Assembly (NCBI GenBank): GCA_018818235.1
Contig: JAHISE010000074.1
Span: 1-38,192 of the forward strand
Origin: Patescibacteria group bacterium
Lineage (GTDB): Bacteria; Patescibacteriota; Gracilibacteria; Peribacterales; Peribacteraceae
Direction of reading: 5' to 3'
Length of the DNA stretch: 38,192 nt
Shown piece after piece: positions 8,208 through 17,495 of the stretch. The notes beneath the pieces are model-generated. The model did no database searches. It had not been told where the DNA came from and saw nothing but the letters and a program-made list of their open reading frames with translations. The position numbers were made by a program, and so were the translations under genes. Every line of letters starts with the position of its first letter. Position 1 is the stretch's first letter.

Positions 8208-9941
8208 ATGAAGCCACTTAGGATTCTAGTAACCGATGTACAGGAGCTTGCCGGTCTTGGTGCAGTTCGCTCTCTTGGGAGGGCAGGGCATATTGTTACC
8301 GCTGTCCATACGTCCGGCTTCCATCCTGCAGCGATCAACTCACGTTGGTGCAAAAATTCGATGGGATATCCGGACCCATGGAAATTCCATATGCAATTCC
8401 GTGAATGGCTTATAAATGAACTTGAAACAGGAAAATATGATGCAGTTCTCCCAACTGCAGAAGCTGCGATATTTGCTGTTAAAGAAATTAGAGATCAGTT
8501 TCCTCAGGATATTATTAAGATTCTTCCAAATGATGAGCATCTTAAACTCACCTTAAGTAAATTCCATGCAAACAAAACCGCAAAAAATGCAGGACTTACT
8601 ACTCCAAAAACAATATTTGTCTTTGATGGAAAAAATGAATGTGATGGCGACTTAAGCTCACTTGGATTTCCGGTAATCATCAAAACCGATAACTCTCTTA
8701 CATCCGAAGGAACTTATATTAAAGGTAGAACTGTTAGAGTTAACTCGCAGGAAGAAGCTGATTTGATATTTGAGGAATGCAAAGCGCTTGGATGCAGTGT
8801 TATTGCTCAAGAACCTGTAAAAGGTTCCGGAGTGGGAGTGTTCCTGCTTAGATGGAATGGAAAAACTATTCTCAAATTCGCACACCAAAGACTACATGAA
8901 GTTCCATGGACAGGTGGAGCCTCTTCTTTTCGTAAAAGCGTTCATGATAATGAGCTTATCGATCTTTCTGAAAAGTTTTTAGAGAGTATCGACTACCAAG
9001 GAGCTGCAATGATCGAATTCAGAAGAGACGGTACGGAAGGCGTTCCATACTTTATGGAAATTAATGGAAGATTGTGGGGGTCGATTGCGTTATGCCTCCA
9101 TGCCGGATTAGATTTTCCGAAAACTTTAGTTGATTGTGAATCACAAGGAGAGCCGGAAAGCCCTATAAATAAACAAAAAAGCTATCCAAGTAATCTTAAG
9201 TGCAGAAATCTTTCAGGTGAGATCAACTACGTAAGTTCTGTACTTAAGTCTAAATCCGGTCCGTCTAAAACCAAGACAATACTTGAATTCTTTGCATTAA
9301 GCTTGAATCCTCTGGTTAAGTATGACTATTTTTGGTGGAGTGACCCGATGCCGGCGTTAGTTCAGGCTTATTTGACTTCAATTGATATACTTAAAGGATT
9401 TAAAAACAGAATTAAATCTATGTTTGTCTCACGAAAAACTCCTGTAACCCCAAAGCTTACTCATTTTGAGTCTAAACCAAATAAAATACTCTTCATATGC
9501 CATGGAAATATCTGCCGAAGTGCATTTGCAGAATTTTATTGGAACAAAAACTTTTCTAAGTCCGGTGTAAAAGCCATTTCTGCAGGACTATGCAAAGAAA
9601 TGAACAGGCCTGTCCCCCTTCGTGCACAATCTATAGCAAATGTTTTTGGACTCGACCTTTCCGGCCACAAATCAAAATCTGTAACAAAAGAAATAATTGA
9701 TGAATGTGATTTGATCTTTGTAATGGATACGGAAAACTACGAAGGAATGTTAGATAAGTTTCCACACTCTGAATCAAAATTGATTTTTCTTGGAAGTCTT
9801 TCAGGTGAAAAAAATATCGAAATATCCGATCCATGCAGAAAATGCCCGATGAAGTTTGATCCTATAGAAGCCAAGAATATATTTGATAGAATTATTAATA
9901 ATTTGAATTTATTAAATCGTTATATTTCCAATCAGTCTTGA
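8208..9941 (+). CDS. Fusion protein: ATP-grasp carboxylate-amine ligase-like domain + C-terminal low-molecular-weight phosphotyrosine phosphatase/ArsC-like domain
   Basis: The ATP-grasp core carries 'FPVIIKTD', 'VIAQEPVKGSGVGVF' and 'AAMIEFRRD...PYFMEINGRLWGS'. The C-terminal ~150 aa carry the CX5R(S) P-loop 'ILFICHGNICRSAFAE' and the 'ISDP' Asp loop. Confidence 0.8.
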   Translation: MKPLRILVTDVQELAGLGAVRSLGRAGHIVTAVHTSGFHPAAINSRWCKNSMGYPDPWKFHMQFREWLINELETGKYDAVLPTAEAAIFAVKEIRDQFPQDIIKILPNDEHLKLTLSKFHANKTAKNAGLTTPKTIFVFDGKNECDGDLSSLGFPVIIKTDNSLTSEGTYIKGRTVRVNSQEEADLIFEECKALGCSVIAQEPVKGSGVGVFLLRWNGKTILKFAHQRLHEVPWTGGASSFRKSVHDNELIDLSEKFLESIDYQGAAMIEFRRDGTEGVPYFMEINGRLWGSIALCLHAGLDFPKTLVDCESQGEPESPINKQKSYPSNLKCRNLSGEINYVSSVLKSKSGPSKTKTILEFFALSLNPLVKYDYFWWSDPMPALVQAYLTSIDILKGFKNRIKSMFVSRKTPVTPKLTHFESKPNKILFICHGNICRSAFAEFYWNKNFSKSGVKAISAGLCKEMNRPVPLRAQSIANVFGLDLSGHKSKSVTKEIIDECDLIFVMDTENYEGMLDKFPHSESKLIFLGSLSGEKNIEISDPCRKCPMKFDPIEAKNIFDRIINNLNLLNRYISNQS

Positions 9942-10660
9942 TGCAATTTATAACTTCTTGGGATGACGGCCGCAAAACTGATCTACGCATTGCTGCAATG
10001 TTGGAGAAGTACGGGTTAACGGGAACTTTTTATGTTTCTCCACCTGAAACTAACGAGAAACCGGCTCTGAGTACGAATGAGATTTTGGAAATTGCCTCAA
10101 GACACACTATAGGAGCTCATTCAATGACTCATCCACGTTTAACCCGAATACCGATCGATCAAGCTAAAAGAGAAATTGAAGAATCAAAACAATGGATCGA
10201 AGGCATCACCGGAAAAGAATGTAATACATTTTGTTATCCTGCCGGTGATTTTAATGACCAAACAAAAAAGCTGGTAAAAGAAGCGGGATTCGTCGAAGCA
10301 CGAACCGTGGAGCAACTTGAATTTAAATCTGCCGACTACTTTGCATCTCCAACTACTCTGCAAGTTTATCCATTCCCATTCAGAAAACGCTGGACACGCT
10401 GGTGGCATTATATTGATCCACTTGTACGACTAAGAGTCTTCTTACCTCGAATGATCGCTCTCAGATTACCACCCAAGGCATATGCTAGTTGGGCTGAGCT
10501 TGCTAAATCACTTTATAGATATGCGCAAAAAACAAACCAGCCATTTTTTCATCTTTGGGGACATAGTTGGGAGATTGAAAAGTATGGGATGTGGGAGGAG
10601 TTGGAGGAGTTTTTGAGGTTTGTGGAATCCAATAATGAAGTAATACCAATTATCATTTAA
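9941..10660 (+). CDS. Polysaccharide deacetylase (NodB homology, CE4)
   Basis: 'TSWDDGRKTD', 'GAHSMTHPRL', 'FCYPAGDF'. The track start at 9938 is TTG. The ATG at 9941 overlaps the upstream stop (TGATG). Confidence 0.8.
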   Translation: MQFITSWDDGRKTDLRIAAMLEKYGLTGTFYVSPPETNEKPALSTNEILEIASRHTIGAHSMTHPRLTRIPIDQAKREIEESKQWIEGITGKECNTFCYPAGDFNDQTKKLVKEAGFVEARTVEQLEFKSADYFASPTTLQVYPFPFRKRWTRWWHYIDPLVRLRVFLPRMIALRLPPKAYASWAELAKSLYRYAQKTNQPFFHLWGHSWEIEKYGMWEELEEFLRFVESNNEVIPIII

Positions 10661-10905
10661 ATGGTACTAATTTCTTGGCTCCATCTGAAAAGAAAACACT
10701 TATGTATTTTCCCTTATCTCCCTCCATCAATGTTTTAAGGTGAAGGGGTTTTCTAAGTGGTAGAGGATGAGTGATGGTGATTCAAGACTGGTATTGTTTC
10801 GGTATAAGTGGGCCAGAAGATGCAGAAAAATCAGAGAACACTGCTATCAAAATCTCTGAATAATCGTTTATAGAGTCCTATGACCCTTCTGATTCCTCTG
10901 ATTCC

Positions 10906-12399
10906 TTATCGAACTTCCTTGATTTTTCCCACAAACCCCTCCACCATCGACCTAATATTCTCCTCCCCTGTCCACTCAGGTCTCTCTTGATAATCCCGTG
11001 CAAAAGTTCCTTCTTGGGCCACCTGTTCCATGGCCTTTAAGAAAATCCTTACATCTAACAACGAAGGCTTGGCACCATTTTGAATTTCTTTAATTGCATT
11101 TCTGCAATCTTCGTTTGAATGTATCGGGAAAATACTTGGGGCATATTGGAAGAACGTATGACCGAACAAAAGTACCGGTCTTTCGTGGAACAGCGCTTCC
11201 ATACTTACGGTTCCTGTCCCCGTTGCAACTGCAATGGAAGACTTGAGTAGTGTGAGTGAATTGAAATTAGTTGGAGCGAATCTGACTTTATCCAGACTAA
11301 GTAAATCTTTATAAAAATGGACATCTCTGCCTCTCCCGTCAGGATACTGCCTTGGTTGATTCGGATGCTCTTTGACATAAATCAAACAATCCTCCGGCAG
11401 CAGACCATTTAACATCTTCGCAATCAATAATTGGTCACTATATGCGCCCGCCATAGGATTGGTGGAGCATTCCGGCTGCATATGAAGCGGAAAATATACG
11501 AATTTCTTGTTAAGATCAGGTTTAGGTGCATGTTTATCGTAAAATCTCATCATGCTATTTACCCGCATCTTTCTTCTTAATCTATCAAACATAAATACCC
11601 AGTATCTCGGATTGATCCAGCGCACTATGAACTTAAATACATGCTCCAAAAAATCCTTTTTACCATTCTTAAACACGTTTTTTACTACTCCAAACCATTT
11701 GGCGAATGGATTATTGAACTTGTTTACCATATCCCAAGGTACGGGAGCATTATCGCGGTTCGCTAAATGAGACTGATAGAATTTTTCGAACTTATCTTTT
11801 AGGGGAATTTCCTCAGGCTTTGAATATTTTGTTTTAAGTGATTCTATGGCCTCTTCCATACCAACTGCGGATTCTTCCCAATCGGTCACAAAGAACTTTG
11901 TATCCTGAACAGGACCACTGTGCCCAAAAATAGTAGGAATTCCTTTTTGTTTGCATAGCGAATAGATTACATACTCATGTGACTCGTGCGGAATACCGCT
12001 CGATAGGTAAAGATTGATCTTATGTTTATCCAAAATATGATTCCAGTACTGAAGACTTCTTAAATACGCTCGCTTGCGATCCTGATAGATAAATGGGTGA
12101 CGCTCTTCGAGGCGAGTTAGCATATCCATATATACAGCTTCACACTCACGCATCTTGTATATGAGCTCCTCATCAATCGGGGTTACCTCATTCCAATCCG
12201 CATCATAATTCCCCCACTTAACATTCTGCGAAGATACCCGAACTTGCTGATTTGGGCCAAGAAAAGGAATATTGTGCTCAAACTGGCAAACTGACACACA
12301 AAACTCGGCATCTATTTCCTTTAGCACTCGCCTTTTTATCTCATCATCCATCTCCAACGAGAGACGTGTGACTATGACTCTGGGTTTGTGATCATTCAT
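10906..12399 (-). CDS. Capsule polysaccharide biosynthesis protein family (KpsS/PF05159-like); candidate nonulosonic-acid transferase
   Basis: 'YFPLHMQPECST...YVKEHPNQ' resembles the PF05159 core. It is the last gene of the pse operon, immediately downstream of pseI. Confidence 0.6.
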   Translation of the reverse strand: MNDHKPRVIVTRLSLEMDDEIKRRVLKEIDAEFCVSVCQFEHNIPFLGPNQQVRVSSQNVKWGNYDADWNEVTPIDEELIYKMRECEAVYMDMLTRLEERHPFIYQDRKRAYLRSLQYWNHILDKHKINLYLSSGIPHESHEYVIYSLCKQKGIPTIFGHSGPVQDTKFFVTDWEESAVGMEEAIESLKTKYSKPEEIPLKDKFEKFYQSHLANRDNAPVPWDMVNKFNNPFAKWFGVVKNVFKNGKKDFLEHVFKFIVRWINPRYWVFMFDRLRRKMRVNSMMRFYDKHAPKPDLNKKFVYFPLHMQPECSTNPMAGAYSDQLLIAKMLNGLLPEDCLIYVKEHPNQPRQYPDGRGRDVHFYKDLLSLDKVRFAPTNFNSLTLLKSSIAVATGTGTVSMEALFHERPVLLFGHTFFQYAPSIFPIHSNEDCRNAIKEIQNGAKPSLLDVRIFLKAMEQVAQEGTFARDYQERPEWTGEENIRSMVEGFVGKIKEVR

Positions 12400-12405
12400 A
12401 AATAA

Positions 12406-13473
12406 TTAAGCAATAAGTTCGTCGGTTAAAGGAGTTCCTTTTCCTATTGTTTTGGCGGACTTCTTTCCGATTATATCTTTTATTTTTTTCGGAGGAAGGC
12501 CATATGAGGGTCGAATGACCCGGGTATTATTTGCATTGAATTCTTCGCCTTCATTTATATCCTCAACCACAAATACTGATCGTCTGAATACCCTGCTTGT
12601 CTGTTCTTTCTCGGTAACATCGTAAGAAATTTTCCCCAGAGCTTTTTGGGCAACCCTAACTTCTTCGACCATTTGTTTGAATTCACTTGGCTCCAAAGAA
12701 AAAACACTATCCGGCCCTCCTGCATCCCGCGATATAGTGAAATGTTTTTCGATAACACATGCTCCAACAGAAACTGCGGCAATTGGAACTGCAATACTTA
12801 ATGTATGATCAGAAAGACCTACAGGAATATTCAACTTTTCCGAAAGATCCGAGATTGTGAGCAAATTAATATCAGATGGATCTGCAGGATAAGCACTTGT
12901 GCATTTAAGAAGTACTATTTCATCCGTACCCGCATTTCTGAGAGTATCAACTGCTTCTTTTATCTCCTCAAAAGTCCCCATCCCCGTGGACATGATCACA
13001 GGTTTTTTTAGCGAACCAACTTTTTCCAACAATGGGATGTCTGTGAGTTCAAATGAAGCAATTTTATAAGCAGGAACGTCCATCTCTTCCAAAAAATCCA
13101 CTGCAGAAGCATCGAATGGAGTGGAAAAAAGGTCTATACCAAGCTTTTGAGCTTCTTCTTTTAGCTTTGGTTGCCATTCCCATGGTGTAAATGCTTCTTT
13201 ATAAAGATCGAATAGCTTTTTACCTTCCCAAATTGTCCCCTTGCCGATTTTAAATTCTTCACGATCGCAATCAATCGTCATTGTGTCCGCTGTGTAAGTC
13301 TGAAGCTTAACTGCATCCGCTCCGGATTCCTTCATCGCATGAATTGTTTCAACTGCTCGTGAAAAATCCTGACCATGATTGGCAGAAAGTTCTGCAATTA
13401 TGTACACAGGTTCATTTGGACCAATCTTGCGGCCATTTATGATAATTGATGAATTCATACTTATATTATGCAT
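12406..13473 (-). CDS. pseI: Pseudaminic acid synthase (NeuB/PseI family nonulosonate synthase with C-terminal SAF domain)
   Basis: 'PVYIIAELSANHGQDFSRAVETIHAMKESGADAVKLQTY' plus a SAF-like C-terminus 'VRPSYGLPPK'. The track start at 13539 is TTG, and ATGs lie at 13473 and 13458, so the start is uncertain by 5 codons. The Pse assignment comes from the pseB/C/G/H context. Confidence 0.8.
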   Translation of the reverse strand: MHNISMNSSIIINGRKIGPNEPVYIIAELSANHGQDFSRAVETIHAMKESGADAVKLQTYTADTMTIDCDREEFKIGKGTIWEGKKLFDLYKEAFTPWEWQPKLKEEAQKLGIDLFSTPFDASAVDFLEEMDVPAYKIASFELTDIPLLEKVGSLKKPVIMSTGMGTFEEIKEAVDTLRNAGTDEIVLLKCTSAYPADPSDINLLTISDLSEKLNIPVGLSDHTLSIAVPIAAVSVGACVIEKHFTISRDAGGPDSVFSLEPSEFKQMVEEVRVAQKALGKISYDVTEKEQTSRVFRRSVFVVEDINEGEEFNANNTRVIRPSYGLPPKKIKDIIGKKSAKTIGKGTPLTDELIA

Positions 13474-13543
13474 ATAATAGTGCACCCCATAGACATATCC
13501 ATAGCGAAAACCTTCTATTTTTGTGGCCGGAAAGGGCAAATTT

Positions 13544-14038
13544 TTAGCTTATTTGTGATTTTTCTTTAATAATAAAATGGAACACTTCGCTTCCCTTTAT
13601 TCTTTTTACTCCAAGACTTTTAAATCCAATTTTTTCGAACATTTTTCGCGACGGCTCATTGTCAATTTTCACGAATGCATTTATTTCTCGAACTAAAGGC
13701 GAAGACCCTTTTGTTTCTTCAAAATACATTTTAATTCCCAACTTCATCATTTCAGCCCCCAATCCTTTCCCCCTTTGCTCAGGAGCAAGGTTAACATTAA
13801 CAACTATATCGATATCATCACAATCAAAACGAACTTGACCAATCGGATTTCCATCTACTTCTGCAATATAAATTTTACAATCAGGATCGTTCATCTTTTT
13901 ATCAAACCACTTCTCGTGATCCTCCCATGGAATTGAATCAGTGGAAAATGAGGCTGCTCTTACTAAAGGGTCGTTTGCCCATTCCCAGAGGAAGCGGGAA
14001 TCGGATGACTTGACCTTGCGGATAGAAATGGATGACAT
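13544..14038 (-). CDS. pseH: GNAT N-acetyltransferase, PseH-like (UDP-4-amino-4,6-dideoxy-N-acetyl-beta-L-altrosamine N-acetyltransferase)
   Basis: 'IRKVKSSDSRFLWEWANDPLVR', the GNAT motif A 'QRGKGLGAEMM', and its position between pseG and pseI. Confidence 0.75.
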   Translation of the reverse strand: MSSISIRKVKSSDSRFLWEWANDPLVRAASFSTDSIPWEDHEKWFDKKMNDPDCKIYIAEVDGNPIGQVRFDCDDIDIVVNVNLAPEQRGKGLGAEMMKLGIKMYFEETKGSSPLVREINAFVKIDNEPSRKMFEKIGFKSLGVKRIKGSEVFHFIIKEKSQIS

Positions 14039-14151
14039 TAGAGCTTAAATATACAAGAAATTGAATATTAGAAATAGAATATGTCTTAGATAGTAATGGT
14101 TTAAGTAAATTTTGGTTGTATTTTTTTTGAATTCCTGTAGAGTGCTTTCTC

Positions 14152-14406
14152 ATGAAACAAGATCAAATTGATTCCGCAGGTGCTACTCCAGTTATTCCTG
14201 AAGTCGGAACAGGAGAGGTTCGCAGGACAACTAATATAGTCGACGGAATAATAACTGATGTTGGCGATAGAACATCTTCTGTCAGGACAAAATGGCCAAA
14301 ATTAACTTGGAGTGTACATGAAAAAGATTCTCCAGATTCCACTGCTGTGCGTGAGAGGGGAGATAATCAAGGGATTGCTAGGCCACCCTTGAGTGATAGT
14401 GTTTGA
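14152..14406 (+). CDS. Doubtful 84-aa ORF on the opposite strand inside a 439-nt gap of the pse operon
   Basis: This is only an open frame. I see no recognisable motif and no obvious SD. It is reported because the gap 14039-14477 is otherwise unexplained. Confidence 0.15.
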   Translation: MKQDQIDSAGATPVIPEVGTGEVRRTTNIVDGIITDVGDRTSSVRTKWPKLTWSVHEKDSPDSTAVRERGDNQGIARPPLSDSV

Positions 14407-14477
14407 TCATATCAAGTTTATGGTTTAGTAAAATAAAGTAATTGTTTATTATGACAAACTCATACAATTTTGACAAA

Positions 14478-15497
14478 TTATAGATTCAACAATTTATCAA
14501 GAACTCTCTTCGTACCTCCTCCATCTATCAGACTTTTTCCAGTTTCAGACATTCTTTGACGTAGCCCTTGATCCGCCAGAATAGCCCTTAAACTAGCCAA
14601 AAATTCCTCGTTACTGCATTCCCGTGCCCATCCAAGGGATTTTACCACTCCCCGTCTATCTAAATCCTCAGCAACACGTATTTGATTGTCAGCGAATATG
14701 AACATCAGAGCTGGTACGCCCATAAAAGCCAACTCATAAGAAGTTGTACCACCAGCGGCAATTGCAAGATCTGCCTCTGTTATCAACTCCTCCATATTAT
14801 GTGCATCGCAAATAACTTTCATACCCTGTGCTTCTGACTTTATCTGATCCAGATGCTCATGCGCACTTCCAACAACAACTGTTACATCTAAATCGGCAAC
14901 TTGTTTTAGTAATTGAACAATTCTTAGTGTGATGTTGTCTGGATCACCACCGCCAAGAGTTACAAGAATCTTCTTAGCTTTCTCTGGAACTTTTTCTGTT
15001 GGATTTGCATTCTTAAACTCACGCCTGAATAAAACAAACTCATGCCCCAACAGTAACTCACAATCATCCGGACGATCTGAGTAGATCGACTCAAGTTCCT
15101 TAGCATACGCATTCTGATTTAATATGAAGTCAGCACTATATTTTTTTGCATGACCGTAATCATCGATTAATAAGAATCTAACTCCGGCTTCTTTTAATCC
15201 TTTCTGATAATCATCACCAAAGGCATAACCATCTACGACCGCACACAAAGCTCCTGATTCTTTGAAAAGTTCCGCTGTCTCCTTAATATCTCCCGTCGAT
15301 GCACGAGAGGATTTTAATTCTATTACTTCACAACCTTCTTCTGTTAATCTTTCTTTAAGATGATCGGCACCGGGTAGCATAAGAAAAATAGCTTTGTGAC
15401 CTTGATCCAAAGCTTCCTGAGCTAACGCAAGACAACGCATAACATGACCTGTTCCGATTGTTGTTGATGCATCGGTTCTAAATAGAATTGTGCTCAT
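14478..15497 (-). CDS. pseG: UDP-2,4-diacetamido-2,4,6-trideoxy-beta-L-altropyranose hydrolase (PseG, GT28-like fold)
   Basis: 'ILFRTDASTTIGTGHVMRCLALAQ' is the typical PseG N-terminus. C-terminal 'AAGGTTSYELAFMGVP'. The ATG overlaps the upstream stop (ATGA). Confidence 0.85.
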   Translation of the reverse strand: MSTILFRTDASTTIGTGHVMRCLALAQEALDQGHKAIFLMLPGADHLKERLTEEGCEVIELKSSRASTGDIKETAELFKESGALCAVVDGYAFGDDYQKGLKEAGVRFLLIDDYGHAKKYSADFILNQNAYAKELESIYSDRPDDCELLLGHEFVLFRREFKNANPTEKVPEKAKKILVTLGGGDPDNITLRIVQLLKQVADLDVTVVVGSAHEHLDQIKSEAQGMKVICDAHNMEELITEADLAIAAGGTTSYELAFMGVPALMFIFADNQIRVAEDLDRRGVVKSLGWARECSNEEFLASLRAILADQGLRQRMSETGKSLIDGGGTKRVLDKLLNL

Positions 15498-16804
15498 GCC
15501 AATCTTCGGAAATCCGCAAATGCTACGGGACCTTTTAATAATTCTTCGATATTCCCTGCATCAAGAGCAGCCTGAATCACGCTAAAGGCTTCCTCAGTTG
15601 CTATAAGATATTCATCTACATTAGCGTCTGTATGTGCAAATGTGGGATAAAACGCCGGAGAAGCCAAAAATCCCTTTTCCAACATAAGCTGCGTAAATAA
15701 CGTGGAGGCGGGTTGTTTTTCTTCGCATTCAAAGGAGAAGTGACTTAATGGGGTTATTCCTCCTGCTTCTATCTTCAGACCTGTATTCTCGGCAGCACTC
15801 CTCCACCCCTCCTGAACTCTTCCTCCAAGGCGCATCAGATGTTCGTGAACTTTATTTGTGCGATGCTTATTGATTGTTGCTATTGCCGCAACCGGACCAA
15901 GCCTTTCCGTCCAATAAGTCGAGCTTATAAATGTTTCCCATGCTACATTCATAAATTCTTTCTTTCCCAGAATCGCACCCATCGGATAACCATTACTCAT
16001 ACCCTTCGCGAACACTGCAATATCCGGCTCGACTCCAAGAGTTAAATGAGATCCTCCGCAAGTTAATCTGAATCCTGCCGAAACTTCGTCGAAAACAAGA
16101 GGAATATTTAATTCGGTTGCTTTTGCACGAACTTTTTCCAGAAATCCGTTCTTCGGTTGATCACTTCTGATCGGCTCCATGACTATTCCTGCTAATTCAT
16201 CTCCGTGTTCTTCGACTACCTTATAAAACTCATCAATATTATTGTAATTAAATGGAATTGCCGTGCCCTGCAAAGCTTTTGGAACTCCCAATGGTTCCAG
16301 TCCTTTAATTAAATGATCATCCAATGCATCTGAAGCCTGCAAATTTGCAGAAAGATACCAGTCATGCCAACCGTGATACCCGCAAAACGCAACTTTATCT
16401 TTCTTTGTATGCGCTCTGATAATACGGACTGCGATTGTAACTGCCTCACCGCCACAGCGTGCGTATCTAACCTGCTGCGCCCATGGGTGAAGTTCAATTA
16501 AAAGCTCTGCAAGCTCCACTTCTTCCGGACAATTGAGAGTAGACATGGAACCATTATCAACTGCTTCTTTTACTGCCTTATCAACATCATCATCTGCCGC
16601 ACCTAATATGCAAGCGCCAACGCTGTTGTATGTCATATCTACATATTTGTTTCCATCCAGATCCCAAACCTGCGCACCTTTGGCTTTAGAGTAATAGCTG
16701 GGCCAAATGTCCGGCGCATAGCGTTCGGGGCGTTTGGTCAAAAGCTGTGCCCCGCCGGGTATTAAGTGTTTTGCCTTGTTGTAGAGATCAGCTCCTGTAT
16801 TCAT
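15494..16804 (-). CDS. Class III PLP aminotransferase (glutamate-1-semialdehyde 2,1-aminomutase-like)
   Basis: 'GYHGWHDWY', 'FDEVSAGFR', 'AKGMSNGYP' (PLP-Lys region). Length is 436 aa. Confidence 0.85.
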   Translation of the reverse strand: MNTGADLYNKAKHLIPGGAQLLTKRPERYAPDIWPSYYSKAKGAQVWDLDGNKYVDMTYNSVGACILGAADDDVDKAVKEAVDNGSMSTLNCPEEVELAELLIELHPWAQQVRYARCGGEAVTIAVRIIRAHTKKDKVAFCGYHGWHDWYLSANLQASDALDDHLIKGLEPLGVPKALQGTAIPFNYNNIDEFYKVVEEHGDELAGIVMEPIRSDQPKNGFLEKVRAKATELNIPLVFDEVSAGFRLTCGGSHLTLGVEPDIAVFAKGMSNGYPMGAILGKKEFMNVAWETFISSTYWTERLGPVAAIATINKHRTNKVHEHLMRLGGRVQEGWRSAAENTGLKIEAGGITPLSHFSFECEEKQPASTLFTQLMLEKGFLASPAFYPTFAHTDANVDEYLIATEEAFSVIQAALDAGNIEELLKGPVAFADFRRLA

Positions 16805-16946
16805 GGGGTGATTTTACAGTAAATTTATGAATGGCTTAAGAATTTTGTATAAAAAAACCTCAATAAAAGGATTTACATGACAAATCGTTATTTGATATAA
16901 TTGTAATATCACGATGAGGGGTCAACCAAAGGGTTTTGTCCCGCGG

Positions 16947-17444
16947 CTATGCCCCTCGTTTTTTGGTTGCTTCTATTCTGTTTCGTAACTGATTCAGAAA
17001 GGTAATGTGTTCACCAAATTCCCGTAGCAACGAAGAGAATTTTCTTTGGTTTGGAATTAGTAATCTGCAAAGCTTGTTATTTTTGACTAAATGGTCAATC
17101 AAACAATGAAAATCTCCATCACCGGAAACAATGATAGCTTTATTAAATTTGTTGTATTCAATCATCGTATGCAATACAAGCTCTGCATCCACATTACCTT
17201 TTGGTTTACCACTCTTTAAAATTAACGTTGGCTTAAATATTAATACATAACCAATACTTCTGAGATATTTGTACAAGCTTTCATTTGATTTGACATAACC
17301 AATAAATAATAATGCTTTGGTTATTCCATACTTATCAGACAAAAACTGTCTAAATCGCTCAAAATCAAGCTTCCAACCCTGATCCCGAATGGAGAGATTC
17401 AGATTTTGGCTATCTATAAATGCAAAATTATTAACCGGTTTCAT
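16947..17444 (-). CDS. NYN (LabA-like, PIN-related) domain protein, predicted RNase
   Basis: 'FAFIDSQNLN' (N-terminal Asp), 'NVDAELVL', 'IIVSGDGDF'. These three acidic motifs are typical of PF01936. Confidence 0.8.
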   Translation of the reverse strand: MKPVNNFAFIDSQNLNLSIRDQGWKLDFERFRQFLSDKYGITKALLFIGYVKSNESLYKYLRSIGYVLIFKPTLILKSGKPKGNVDAELVLHTMIEYNKFNKAIIVSGDGDFHCLIDHLVKNNKLCRLLIPNQRKFSSLLREFGEHITFLNQLRNRIEATKKRGA

Positions 17445-17495
17445 AAGTCCTATACTTTTACCTTACAAGAATTAATGTATCAAGTATTTATTAAA

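Noticed and set aside
10661-10905. Small ORFs (25-30 aa) or terminators in the convergent spacer between the CE4 gene and the KpsS-like gene
   Set aside because: There are no convincing SD-start spacings, no conserved-looking peptide and no strong GC hairpin followed by a T-run that I could identify by eye. I left the region unannotated.
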